This document shows positions 9,892-19,607 of a DNA stretch of 64,000 nt, piece by piece (the first letter of the stretch is position 1; every line of letters starts with the position of its first letter). Made by a program: the position numbers and the translations under genes. The notes beneath the pieces were generated by a model. That model saw nothing but the letters and a program-made list of their open reading frames with translations. It was not told the origin of the DNA and did not search any database. This stretch comes from an uncultured bacterium (GTDB taxonomy: Bacteria > Patescibacteriota > Patescibacteriia > Magasanikbacterales > GWA2-37-8): contig CALCZC010000025.1 in assembly GCA_937903605.1 (NCBI GenBank), positions 131,275 to 195,274 on the forward strand, written 5' to 3'.

Positions 9892-11664
9892 ATGGAAGAA
9901 CAAGAAAAACAAGAAAAAATAGACTTTGGTTTGGTAAAACAAACCCTGAAGCTTTTTGCCGGCTTTTATAAAAAAAGATGGAAATTTTTGGTATTAATGC
10001 TTATTTTTACCATTATTAATCAGGTCTTGGACATCATTGTTCCAGTTTATTATAAAAAAATAGTTGATTTTTTAACTATTAACGCCTTTGAACTTGCTAT
10101 AAAAGTTTTATTGCTTGTTTTTGCTTTAAAATTAACATCATTTATTTTTCAACGCGCATATTTCTTTGTTGTTAGTTATTTTGAAACATACGGCGATAAA
10201 GATATCCAACAATTTTGTGTTACTCGCATGCTGGAACATTCGTTTTCTTTTTTCAATGATCAATTTATCGGTTCGTTGGTTCGAAAAATAAATAAATTTT
10301 CCGGAGCTTTTTTTACTCTCAATGATATAATATTTTTTGAGTTAGGCAATTTGTTTATCGGTACCGGCGGTATTTGTTTCGTATTATACGGACGTAATCC
10401 TGGGTTAGCTTACGGAGTTTTAATCTGGTTGTTGTTTTTTATCTTGCTTAACTTGTTGGTCTTGAAAGGTAAGATGAAAATAGATATAGAAAGTAATAAA
10501 GAAGGAAATAAAGCCACTGGATACGCGGCGGATGTTTTTGCCAATTATGCCAATGTTAAACTTTTTAATAAAACAGAAGAAGAAATTAAGAATTTGGAAA
10601 ATAAAAATGAAACCATTCGTTTGCTCAATTTGAAAAGTTGGCGTTATGGTATTTTATTTTTTGCTATCCAGGGTTTTTTGTTTATTATTTTGGAAATAGG
10701 TATTAATTATTTGGCTATCAAACTTTATCAAGATGGTGCTTTAACCATCGGTGATTTTGTGATGATCCAAGCTTATGTTGTAATGATCATGATGAATGTT
10801 TGGGGTTTGGGCAGATCTATCCAGCGACTTTATGAATCTATGGCAGATGCTACGGAGATGACCGCGATTATCGTCAAAGAAGCGGAAGTTGTTGATGTAA
10901 AAAATGCCAAAAACATAAAAGTAGACAAGGGAGAAATAATTTTTGATAAAATAAATTTTGGTTATAAAGAAAATGACAAGATATTTGAAAACTTTTCCTT
11001 AACAGTTGGAGATAATGAAAAGTTGGCTCTTGTCGGACCAAGTGGCTCGGGAAAATCGACAGTGATAAAACTTTTGTTGCGTATGTATAATCTAAACAAA
11101 GGTAAAATAACTATTGATAAACAAGATATTGCCAAAGTAACCAAAGAAAGTTTATGGGAAAATATCTCGTTTGTTCCTCAAGATCCGGTACTATTTCACC
11201 GCTCTCTTTTTGAAAATATTGCTTATGGTAAAAAAGATGCTACCAAAGAAGAAGTTTATGAGGCAGCCAAAAAAGCCTTTGCTCATGAATTTATCAGTAA
11301 GTTGAAAAATGGTTATGATACTGAGGTGGGTGAACGGGGTATAAAACTTAGCGGTGGAGAAAGACAACGCGTAGCTATTGCGCGAGCGATTTTAAAAAAT
11401 GCGCCAATTTTAATAATGGACGAGGCTACTTCTTCCCTTGATTCCGAATCGGAACAATTGATTCAAAAAGCTTTGGAAAATCTGATGAAAGAAAAAACAG
11501 TAATAATTGTCGCGCATCGTTTATCAACCATTGCTAAAATGGATAGAGTAATAGTAATGGAAAATGGTAAAATCATTGAAGAAGGTGATCATAATGATTT
11601 GGTAAAAAAAGGCGGTTTATACGCCAAGTTATGGCATATCCAAGCCGGAGGTTTTATAGTCTAA
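9892..11664 (+). CDS. ABC transporter, fused permease/ATPase (MsbA-like exporter)
   Basis: An N-terminal 6-TM domain, Walker A GPSGSGKST, signature LSGGERQRVAIARA and Walker B ILIMDEATS. Confidence 0.85.
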   Translation: MEEQEKQEKIDFGLVKQTLKLFAGFYKKRWKFLVLMLIFTIINQVLDIIVPVYYKKIVDFLTINAFELAIKVLLLVFALKLTSFIFQRAYFFVVSYFETYGDKDIQQFCVTRMLEHSFSFFNDQFIGSLVRKINKFSGAFFTLNDIIFFELGNLFIGTGGICFVLYGRNPGLAYGVLIWLLFFILLNLLVLKGKMKIDIESNKEGNKATGYAADVFANYANVKLFNKTEEEIKNLENKNETIRLLNLKSWRYGILFFAIQGFLFIILEIGINYLAIKLYQDGALTIGDFVMIQAYVVMIMMNVWGLGRSIQRLYESMADATEMTAIIVKEAEVVDVKNAKNIKVDKGEIIFDKINFGYKENDKIFENFSLTVGDNEKLALVGPSGSGKSTVIKLLLRMYNLNKGKITIDKQDIAKVTKESLWENISFVPQDPVLFHRSLFENIAYGKKDATKEEVYEAAKKAFAHEFISKLKNGYDTEVGERGIKLSGGERQRVAIARAILKNAPILIMDEATSSLDSESEQLIQKALENLMKEKTVIIVAHRLSTIAKMDRVIVMENGKIIEEGDHNDLVKKGGLYAKLWHIQAGGFIV

Positions 11665-11665
11665 T

Positions 11666-12244
11666 ATGAACAAAAAGAGCAAACAATTGTTTGAAGTAAC
11701 TTACGATGAAAATGAAAAAAGGCAACTTTTGGAGTGGGCTAGAGTTGCTATAGAAACTTATCTGCAAAACGGTTGGGCTATTCAACCTATTACAAACAAT
11801 CAGGTATTAAAGCAAAAAGTGGGAGTATTCGTTACTTTATGGGAAGATGAAAAATTGCGGGGCTGCATAGGTCTTCTGCAATCGGATAAACCATTGAATG
11901 AATCGGTAGTAAATATGGCTATTGAGGCTGCGACAAAAGATGAAAGATTTTCGCCCGTGTCATTAGAAGAAATGTCTAAAATTAAAATAGAAGTTTCAGT
12001 TTTGTCACCATTAAAAAAAATCAAGAGCATAACAGAAATAAAATTAGGAAAACACGGTGTTTTGATCTCTAGGGGAAATAAAAGTGGAGTTTTTTTACCG
12101 GAAGTAGCGGAAAAAGAAGATTGGGACTTGGGAACTTTTTTGGAAGCTTTGTGTGTAGAGAAGGCCGGATTGCCTTCTAACGCTTGGATGGATAAAGATA
12201 CGGATTTATACATTTTTACAACAGTTACTTTTCAAGAAGAATAA
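11666..12244 (+). CDS. AMMECR1 domain protein (AmmeMemoRadiSam system protein A-like)
   Basis: Motif LRGCIGLL and FLPEV, the characteristic AMMECR1 core. Confidence 0.8.
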   Translation: MNKKSKQLFEVTYDENEKRQLLEWARVAIETYLQNGWAIQPITNNQVLKQKVGVFVTLWEDEKLRGCIGLLQSDKPLNESVVNMAIEAATKDERFSPVSLEEMSKIKIEVSVLSPLKKIKSITEIKLGKHGVLISRGNKSGVFLPEVAEKEDWDLGTFLEALCVEKAGLPSNAWMDKDTDLYIFTTVTFQEE

Positions 12245-12320
12245 AAAAAGAGATCCCGGCAAAAACCGGGATCAGAGAGCGAAACGATCGAAGAATGAGA
12301 GGATTTACTCCCAAAGAATT

Positions 12321-12464
12321 TTAGAATTCGTCGTCGGGAAACGACGGGAATAATTCTTCCAATTCTCCGATAGAATGAACGAAGCTTTTTTCCATGGTCG
12401 GAACCAGTGTTTCTTCCTCTAAGATTGACTCGTCGTAACGGGGGTCTTCAAAATGATTGGGCAT
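12321..12464 (-). CDS. Small acidic protein (47 aa), hypothetical. Not in the ORF track because it is under 60 aa.
   Basis: Strong SD (GGAGGTG) 7 nt upstream of the ATG. Peptide MPNHFEDPRYDESILEEETLVPTMEKSFVHSIGELEELFPSFPDDEF. A minus-strand hairpin plus T-tract at 12242-12273 follows. Confidence 0.3.
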   Translation of the reverse strand: MPNHFEDPRYDESILEEETLVPTMEKSFVHSIGELEELFPSFPDDEF

Positions 12465-12556
12465 GGATACACCTCCACAAAAAGGACTCATAAAAGGAGA
12501 ACAATCTATTCTCCAACCGTAATATTATAATATATTTTTTATCAAAAAGTCAATAG

Positions 12557-13315
12557 TTGTGTATGAAATTTTGCCAGATAAATATTGATAATATAAACCT
12601 AAAAGAAGCTGAAAATAAGGTTTTGGATTTTTTAAATTCGATTGATTCTCATAAGATATTTACTCCAAACCCCGAATTTATTGTTGCAGCGCAAAAGGAC
12701 GACAAATTTAAAGAAAGTTTAAATAATTCAGATTTAAATATTTGCGACGGTTTTGGCCTAAGTTTATTTTCTGGTTGTCCACGAATACCCGGAGTAGATT
12801 TTATGTTAGAAATTTGTAAAATTGCAGCAGAAAAAAATATAGGTATTTATTTGCTCGGATCAGGTGATGATGTGGTTGTAAAACAAACTGTGGAAAAACT
12901 ACAAACGCAAATTCCAAAATTAAAAGTTTGTGGTTATAACAAAGGTTTAGAGATAGATTGCCGACTACAGAGTACGGACTGTATTTATAATAATATAGAA
13001 AATGAAGAAATAATTAAAAACATAAACGAATCTGGTGCAGGTGTTTTATTTGTTGCTTTCGGAATGAACAAACAAGAACGTTGGATTAATGAAAATTTGA
13101 TTAAAATGCCAAATATTAAGATTGCCATGGGAGTTGGCGGATCATTTGATTATATTTCCGGGACTATTCGTCGCGCCCCTTGTTTTTTGCGTAAAATTGG
13201 TTTAGAATGGCTGTATCGTCTTATCAAACAACCAAGTCGTATTCGAAGAATTTGGAATGCTACTGTAGTGTTTGTATATATTGTTATAAAAAATAAATTA
13301 TTTAAAAAAATATGA
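12557..13315 (+). CDS. WecB/TagA/CpsF-family glycosyltransferase
   Basis: C-terminal MGVGGSFDYISGTIRRAP...EWLYRLIKQPSRIRR matches the family signature. Confidence 0.75.
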   Translation: MCMKFCQINIDNINLKEAENKVLDFLNSIDSHKIFTPNPEFIVAAQKDDKFKESLNNSDLNICDGFGLSLFSGCPRIPGVDFMLEICKIAAEKNIGIYLLGSGDDVVVKQTVEKLQTQIPKLKVCGYNKGLEIDCRLQSTDCIYNNIENEEIIKNINESGAGVLFVAFGMNKQERWINENLIKMPNIKIAMGVGGSFDYISGTIRRAPCFLRKIGLEWLYRLIKQPSRIRRIWNATVVFVYIVIKNKLFKKI

Positions 13316-14793
13316 TAAAAACCAGATTTGCTCCGAGTCCAACCGGATATTTGCATGTAGGGAGTTTGCGAACAGCCTTGTATGCCTATTTGTTAGCAAA
13401 GAAAAATAACGGTAAGTTTTTGCTGCGTATTGAAGATACCGACAGAGAAAGATACGTGGCGGACGGCATACAAAATATATTAAAATCGCTTTATTGGGCG
13501 GGAATTATTCCTGATGAGGGGGTTTGCTTTAATAAAGACGGAAATATAACACAAAACGGCGATAATGGGCCGTATATCCAGTCGGAAAGATTACCTGTTT
13601 ATAAAAAGTATGTGGAAGAGCTTATCGAGAAAGGGCATGCTTATTATTGTTTTTGTACAAGCGAACGTCTTGAAGAATTGCGAAAATTTCAACAATTAAA
13701 CAAACTTCAAAGTGGTTATGATAGACACTGCAGGGACATATCGCCTACAGAAGCAAAAAAACGAATAGCTGCGGGAGAAAAATACGTTGTTAGGATGAAA
13801 ATGCCAATTGATGGTGAAACGATTTTTTTTGACGAGATTCGCGGAGAAATAAGAATCAAAAATGAATTAGTGGATGACCAAGTAATTTTAAAGTCTGATG
13901 GCTATCCAACTTATCATTTGGCTGTAGTTGTAGATGACCACACAATGGGAATAAATCTTATGACTCGTGCCGATGAATGGATAAGCAGTACTCCAAAATT
14001 AATACATCTTTATAAAATGTTTGATTGGGAATTGCCAAAGATGGCACATCTTACTTTGTTGTTAAATACCGATCGATCAAAACTTAGTAAACGCCAAGGT
14101 GATGTCTCGGTAGAAGATTATCGTAAAAAAGGTTATTTACCAGAAGCCATGATTAATTTTGTCGCTTTTTTGGGCTGGAATCCGGGAGATGAACGTGAGT
14201 TTTTTACCTTGGAAGAATTAACCAAAGAGTTTTCTCTGGAGAAAATAGGAAAATCAGGCGCTGTATTTAATTTGGAAAAATTGGATTGGTATAACGCCCA
14301 TTATATCAGAGAGTTGCAAGGAGAGGATCTATTAAAAAGAGCTATGCCTTTTATATTACAATCCGGTCTAATGTCTGAAACTGAGATAAATAATAGAAAA
14401 GACTGGTTGTTAGAAGCTTTGAATTTGGGTAAGGAAAGAGCCAGTACATTGGTTGAACTAGTGGAGAATATGGTTTTTTTACTTAAAACTCCGAATTATC
14501 AAAAAGAGCTTTTAATTTGGAAAAAGGGTAGTTTGGAAGAAGTAAAGACAATATTACCAGAGTTAAAAGAACTTTTGAACAATTTTGGTGTTCAAGATTT
14601 TAAAGCTATTAAATTACAAGAAAAAGTAGGGGAGTGGGTAACACAAAAAGGATATAGTAATGGTAGTGTTTTATGGCCTTGGCGAGTGGCATTATCCGGA
14701 ATGGAAAAATCACCTCCACCCTTTGAAATAGCTCAAGTACTGGGTAAAGAAGAAACTATAAAAAGAATTGAGGAAGCTTTAAATAAAATTTAA
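13312..14793 (+). CDS. gltX: Glutamyl-tRNA synthetase
   Basis: RFAPSPTGYLHVGSLRTALY (HIGH region) and KLSKR (KMSKS). Confidence 0.9.
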   Translation: MIKTRFAPSPTGYLHVGSLRTALYAYLLAKKNNGKFLLRIEDTDRERYVADGIQNILKSLYWAGIIPDEGVCFNKDGNITQNGDNGPYIQSERLPVYKKYVEELIEKGHAYYCFCTSERLEELRKFQQLNKLQSGYDRHCRDISPTEAKKRIAAGEKYVVRMKMPIDGETIFFDEIRGEIRIKNELVDDQVILKSDGYPTYHLAVVVDDHTMGINLMTRADEWISSTPKLIHLYKMFDWELPKMAHLTLLLNTDRSKLSKRQGDVSVEDYRKKGYLPEAMINFVAFLGWNPGDEREFFTLEELTKEFSLEKIGKSGAVFNLEKLDWYNAHYIRELQGEDLLKRAMPFILQSGLMSETEINNRKDWLLEALNLGKERASTLVELVENMVFLLKTPNYQKELLIWKKGSLEEVKTILPELKELLNNFGVQDFKAIKLQEKVGEWVTQKGYSNGSVLWPWRVALSGMEKSPPPFEIAQVLGKEETIKRIEEALNKI

Positions 14794-14869
14794 AAACAAA
14801 AATACTCGACTTTAAAAAGCCGGGTATTTTTTTCTTGGCAATAAATTTGAAAAATGTTATAATATTAGC

Positions 14870-16108
14870 ATGAATAAAAATTTGAAAATATTTTTTACTT
14901 CCTTCTTAGCGACATTTATTTTGGCGCCTTTGTTTGTGTTTGCTCAAACAGTTAATATTGCCAGTAACGCCGAGGAAATAACCGAGCTCAACAAAGAAAT
15001 TTCCGCTCGTAAAGATAAAATTAAACAACTGGAAGAAACCATCAGCGTTTATAAAAAAAATATATCACAGAAACAAACTGAAGCTGTTTCTTTGAACAAT
15101 CAGCTAAGTATTTTGGAAAATAAAATCAAACAAGCCGAAGCGGAAATCAAGATGGCACAGTATAAAATAGACGAAACTAAGCTTGAAATTGAAGCTTTAC
15201 AGTTGAGTATTGAAGATAAACAAAAAGTGATTTCCAGGCAAAAGAAGATTATCTCTGAAATTATTCGAAATATTCATGCCAATGATCAAAAAAATTATAT
15301 TGAAATACTCTTAACCAACGACACGTTCGCCGATTTTTATGATCAAGTCCAGTATTTAGAGAGTGTTTATGTAGATTTGGGTCGTTCGGTCAAAAGTGTT
15401 CGTTTGGCGGCCGAAGATCTAAGTAATAAAAAAGATCAGGTTGAGGCTAAGAAAAAGATATATGAAGAACAAAAAGCTGAACTGGAAAACAAAAAATTGG
15501 ATCTCAAGGAGCAAACCGCAGGAAAACAAGATCTTTTGATAGAAACCAGAGCCTCTGAAATGAAGTATCAAACTTTACTTTCAAGTTTGAAACGTCAGTA
15601 TCAGTTGATAGAAGGTGAGGTAAGATCTTATGAAGAACAAGTGCGTAAAAAACTGGAAGAACAAGAGAGGTTCAAAAATCTTGGTGCTGGCACAGGGGAT
15701 TTGAGTTGGCCGGTATCATCTCGCTATATTACCGCCGAATTTTATGACAACAGTTATCCTTACAGAAATATTTTTGAACATACGGCTATAGACATTCGCG
15801 CTTCGCAAGGTACGGCCGTGCGTGCGGCTGCCGCCGGTTATGTCGGTCGCGCAAAACGTTGCACACTTTCTTCTTGTTATAGCTATGTTTTACTTATACA
15901 TACAGGTAATATTTCTACAGTTTATGGGCATTTGAGTTCAATAGCGGTCAAAGAAGACGATTTTGTGAATCGTGGCGATGTTATAGGATATTCCGGAGGA
16001 ACTCCTGGGACTATTGGTGCCGGACCTTTCACTACCGGTCCCCATCTACATTTTGAAGTGCGTAAAAATGGTATTCCAGCCAATCCGGTAAACTATCTAT
16101 CAAACTAG
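14870..16108 (+). CDS. M23 family metallopeptidase with an N-terminal signal peptide and long coiled coil (EnvC-like)
   Basis: Coiled-coil N-terminal half. C-terminal HTAIDIRA...GPHLHFEVR M23 motifs. Confidence 0.8.
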   Translation: MNKNLKIFFTSFLATFILAPLFVFAQTVNIASNAEEITELNKEISARKDKIKQLEETISVYKKNISQKQTEAVSLNNQLSILENKIKQAEAEIKMAQYKIDETKLEIEALQLSIEDKQKVISRQKKIISEIIRNIHANDQKNYIEILLTNDTFADFYDQVQYLESVYVDLGRSVKSVRLAAEDLSNKKDQVEAKKKIYEEQKAELENKKLDLKEQTAGKQDLLIETRASEMKYQTLLSSLKRQYQLIEGEVRSYEEQVRKKLEEQERFKNLGAGTGDLSWPVSSRYITAEFYDNSYPYRNIFEHTAIDIRASQGTAVRAAAAGYVGRAKRCTLSSCYSYVLLIHTGNISTVYGHLSSIAVKEDDFVNRGDVIGYSGGTPGTIGAGPFTTGPHLHFEVRKNGIPANPVNYLSN

Positions 16109-16196
16109 TATCAATTTAAAACTCAAATAAAAAAACCTGATTTAAACGATCAGATTTTTTTATAGTCTGTAGTCCGTAGACTAAAGTCCAATACAA

Positions 16197-17168
16197 CTAT
16201 TTCTTCGCTCCGCTATGGAAGTTTTTATAAACGTTTTTCAGTCCGGTATTAGTGATATGGGTATAAACTTGGGTGGTGGCAACACTACTATGTCCGAGCA
16301 TTTCTTGAACTGAGCGTAGATCAGCCCCATGAGAAAGTAAATCTGTGGCAAAACTATGACGCAGAGTGTGTGGAGTGACTTCTACCGGCAATCCGGCCAT
16401 CATAGTATATTTGCGCACCAAGTTTTCCACTGATCTGGCGGATAATCTATGTTCATCATCTTTATCTCCACCACGGAAGTAGTTAATAAATAGGGGAGGG
16501 GTCATTTCCGGACGTACTTTTAAGTACTTAGATAACCACTCCAGAGTTCTTTTGGAGAAATAAACCGGACGCATTTTACCTCCTTTACCAATAATATTTA
16601 GTTCGACATAATCAGGAATTCTATCTGCGAGCAAATCGTTAACATTAAACTGTTTTAGGTTAAGCGAAGTAAGTTCAGAGACCCGCATACCGGTAGAGAA
16701 GAGTACTTCTAAGATGGTCCGATCGCGTAAACCATCTGGCGTAGAAGTATCGGGCATGGCTAAGAGTTTTTCTATTTGTTCAAAAGTCAAGAATTTAATT
16801 TGTTTGTCTTTGTCAGTCAATTTTGGTAATTTAATTTTTTCTGATGGCAAGGTCACGATATCTTTTTCAGACAGATATTTCAGGAAATTACGCAGGGCTC
16901 TTAGGTAATAGCTCTGCGAGGTCTTTTTGAGATAGGCACCCTTATAGTCCTGTTTACGGGATAAAAACAACCTATAATTCCAAATATGTTCTGATGTCAA
17001 TTCATGAGGCAAAAGATCGCTTAATTTCGACTTATCAAGCCAATCAATAAAGAGTTTAAGGAAGTTGTGGTAATTCTTGGAAGAGACCGGGGAAAGGCCT
17101 TTTTCCACTTCACAGTATTCCAAAAACATAGGAATATGCTTTATTAAAGGTTTATTTGATTTTTGCAT
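16197..17168 (-). CDS. xerD: Tyrosine site-specific recombinase, Xer family
   Basis: C-terminal RHSFATDLLSHGADLRSVQEMLGHSSVATTQVYTH with the catalytic Tyr, and an R...HxxR core. Confidence 0.8.
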   Translation of the reverse strand: MQKSNKPLIKHIPMFLEYCEVEKGLSPVSSKNYHNFLKLFIDWLDKSKLSDLLPHELTSEHIWNYRLFLSRKQDYKGAYLKKTSQSYYLRALRNFLKYLSEKDIVTLPSEKIKLPKLTDKDKQIKFLTFEQIEKLLAMPDTSTPDGLRDRTILEVLFSTGMRVSELTSLNLKQFNVNDLLADRIPDYVELNIIGKGGKMRPVYFSKRTLEWLSKYLKVRPEMTPPLFINYFRGGDKDDEHRLSARSVENLVRKYTMMAGLPVEVTPHTLRHSFATDLLSHGADLRSVQEMLGHSSVATTQVYTHITNTGLKNVYKNFHSGAKK

Positions 17169-17217
17169 ATATTATATAGTTCGGTTATCCTCTGTTATAC
17201 GAAGTTAGATATATTAT
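17167..17217. other. Candidate recombination site adjacent to the xer start codon: 9-bp direct repeats ATATATTAT flanking ATAGTTCGGTTAT-CCTCTG-TTATACGAAGTTAG
   Basis: The right arm TATACGAAGTTA matches 12 of 13 positions of a loxP arm. dif sites of single-recombinase Xer systems (XerS, XerH) are known to sit immediately upstream of the recombinase gene. Confidence 0.25.
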
Positions 17218-17270
17218 CTCATTATGTAATAAATAAGGCAACTATTCTTAATTACCCTACTATTTCACTA

Positions 17271-18335
17271 TTATTTCCAAAATACCCTATCACCAAAACG
17301 AACATCAATGTATTCAAGAGGTGTCACCTTTTCTTTGTCGTTTAAAATAGCTTTTATTTTTTGAAGTTGTTGAATAATGTCTTCTGGGGATATCTTCAAA
17401 TACCACCTTGTGCCTTCTAGATAAGCTTCGAGACTGCTTTGTTGATTATCTTGTCCAATAAAGTACTTTACCGTGCCTATCCCCTCTTTTTTGAGATTTT
17501 CTTGCCAAGATATGATATTTTCCAAAAAACTAACGGGTAAAATATTTTTTTGGTTCAAATATAATTTTTCCGATTTTTTTATACAAAAAAGAGGCAGATC
17601 GTTATATTCAACATCTATTTCTTTGCGACTAGGCTTAAAAACCTCTTCTTCAACTGTAGATGTCACTACAAATACCGTGGTCGTAGTTATTGTTTCGGTT
17701 GAAGAGACAGTGGCAGATAACGTTTCTGGTAAAATTTCTTTTTCCCAAATTACCTTGATAACTCCCCCGTCATGATTGAGTAAATAATAACCGTCTAAAG
17801 TGCAGTAAATTATGCTTTGATTTTTTTCAACTATTTCAATCTGCATCTTATCGGGAAAAATTTTTGTAATTTTAACGTCGCTTAGATCAAATTTTTCTTT
17901 AATACCTAAAATTATTTTTTCCGGTTTAGTTACAAAATAATTATTTTTGTGCCAGTATTTTCCGGATTTAAGATAATTTTCAAAAACAAAATTTTGAATT
18001 TCTTCCTTGTTTAATGTTTTTATTCCAGAATAAGAAACATTATCGATATCAAAATATGGCAAATAAAAAATAAGCCAAAACCAAGCTAAAAAGAAAGATA
18101 AAATAAAAAATATAGAAAAAAATCTACGATAGTTCAATTTCTTTTTTTCTTGCTTACGGAAAGGATTGGAGCCGGTAGAAAAACCCAAAGGATCTGGTGG
18201 TGCAGAAACTTCAAAAACTTTTAACGACCGAGATCTTTTTGGTTTTTCGGCAAAAGAAAAAAAAGGCCGGCGTTTTTTTTCGTCGTATTTATATTTTTGG
18301 AAATCAAGATAAGGTTTTTTACCTCCCAAAGACAT
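17271..18335 (-). CDS. FtsQ/DivIB-like cell division protein (bitopic, POTRA-like region)
   Basis: A basic N-terminus, a single TM (FFSIFFILSFFLAWFWLIFYL) and an extracytoplasmic domain. Only weak similarity. Confidence 0.35.
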   Translation of the reverse strand: MSLGGKKPYLDFQKYKYDEKKRRPFFSFAEKPKRSRSLKVFEVSAPPDPLGFSTGSNPFRKQEKKKLNYRRFFSIFFILSFFLAWFWLIFYLPYFDIDNVSYSGIKTLNKEEIQNFVFENYLKSGKYWHKNNYFVTKPEKIILGIKEKFDLSDVKITKIFPDKMQIEIVEKNQSIIYCTLDGYYLLNHDGGVIKVIWEKEILPETLSATVSSTETITTTTVFVVTSTVEEEVFKPSRKEIDVEYNDLPLFCIKKSEKLYLNQKNILPVSFLENIISWQENLKKEGIGTVKYFIGQDNQQSSLEAYLEGTRWYLKISPEDIIQQLQKIKAILNDKEKVTPLEYIDVRFGDRVFWK

Positions 18336-18340
18336 AATTT

Positions 18341-19597
18341 CTAAAGCTTTTTAAAACCACAATATTTTTGCAAAATTTTTGGCACTGAAATAGTACCGTC
18401 TTTTTGCTGATGATTTTCTACTATGATTATTGGAAAACGACTTAGTACTGCGGCGGTGCCGTTTAAAGTATGTACAAAGGCGGTAGACCCGTCTTCTTTT
18501 TTATATTTAATATTCAAACGTCTAGCTTGATAATCAGTACAATTACTGCAAGAAGTTATTTCTCCGTAATCACCTTGTTTTTTATCATCACCTTTCATAA
18601 TCATATACCCTTCGATATCAAATTTACGATAAGCCGGACCACCTAGGTCGGCACTGGCAATATCTATTACTTGATAAGGAATTTCCAACCCATCCAAAAT
18701 TTCTTTTTCTATTTCCAAAATTTCCGCATGATATTTTTCACTATCTTCCGGTTTGCAAAACACAAACATTTCCAATTTGGTAAATTGATGTACTCGATAA
18801 AGACCTTTGCTGGTTTTACCATAAGCTCCGGCTTCGGTACGAAAACAATGAGATAAAGCGATGTATTTTTTTGGTCCGTCGTTCAAGTCCAGTACTTCAT
18901 TGGTATGATATCCCCCGACGGTTATTTCCGCAGTTCCCACCAAACTCAAATCTGTATCCTTGATAGAATAAATTTGTGTTTCTTCATCGCTTCTAGGATT
19001 AAAACCAATTCCGTTTATTATTTCATTTTTGACAATATCCGGAGTTTCCATCAAAGTATAACCGTATTTAACGGCAACATCCATACTGTAATTTAAAAGC
19101 GCTTGATTTAAACGAACCAAATTGTTTTTATAAAAATAGAATTTCGTACCGGTAGTTTTGGTGGCTCGTTCAAAATCAACTAAATCGTTTTTTAACAACA
19201 ATTCTTCATGATCGAGAGGTTTAAAAGAAAATTCTTTTGGTTCAAAATTTTTATAAACTACTTTAAAATCAGATTCTTCACCTATAGGAGATTCTGGATG
19301 GGTCAAATTGGGAATTTTCATCATTTCGTCAATATATTTCGTTTCTACTTCACTCAATTCTTTTTCAATTTTGGCGATATTATCCCCTACTTCGCGCATT
19401 TTTTTAATTTCTTCGTCAGTTGGTTTACCTTTGGATTTTGCGTTACGTAAACTTCGTAATTCTTCTGCTTGTTTTAAGAGGTTTTTTCTTTCTTCATCTA
19501 GCGACAAAACCAAATCAATATCGACTTTAGCACGACGGTCAATGCAATTTTTTTTGACCAATTCTTTATTTTCACGAATAAATTTAATATCTAACAT
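18341..19597 (-). CDS. serS: Seryl-tRNA synthetase
   Basis: An N-terminal coiled-coil arm and class II motifs (FRTEAGAYGKTSKGLYRVHQFTKLE, GTAAVLSR). Confidence 0.9.
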   Translation of the reverse strand: MLDIKFIRENKELVKKNCIDRRAKVDIDLVLSLDEERKNLLKQAEELRSLRNAKSKGKPTDEEIKKMREVGDNIAKIEKELSEVETKYIDEMMKIPNLTHPESPIGEESDFKVVYKNFEPKEFSFKPLDHEELLLKNDLVDFERATKTTGTKFYFYKNNLVRLNQALLNYSMDVAVKYGYTLMETPDIVKNEIINGIGFNPRSDEETQIYSIKDTDLSLVGTAEITVGGYHTNEVLDLNDGPKKYIALSHCFRTEAGAYGKTSKGLYRVHQFTKLEMFVFCKPEDSEKYHAEILEIEKEILDGLEIPYQVIDIASADLGGPAYRKFDIEGYMIMKGDDKKQGDYGEITSCSNCTDYQARRLNIKYKKEDGSTAFVHTLNGTAAVLSRFPIIIVENHQQKDGTISVPKILQKYCGFKKL

Positions 19598-19607
19598 AAA
19601 TTTAAAA

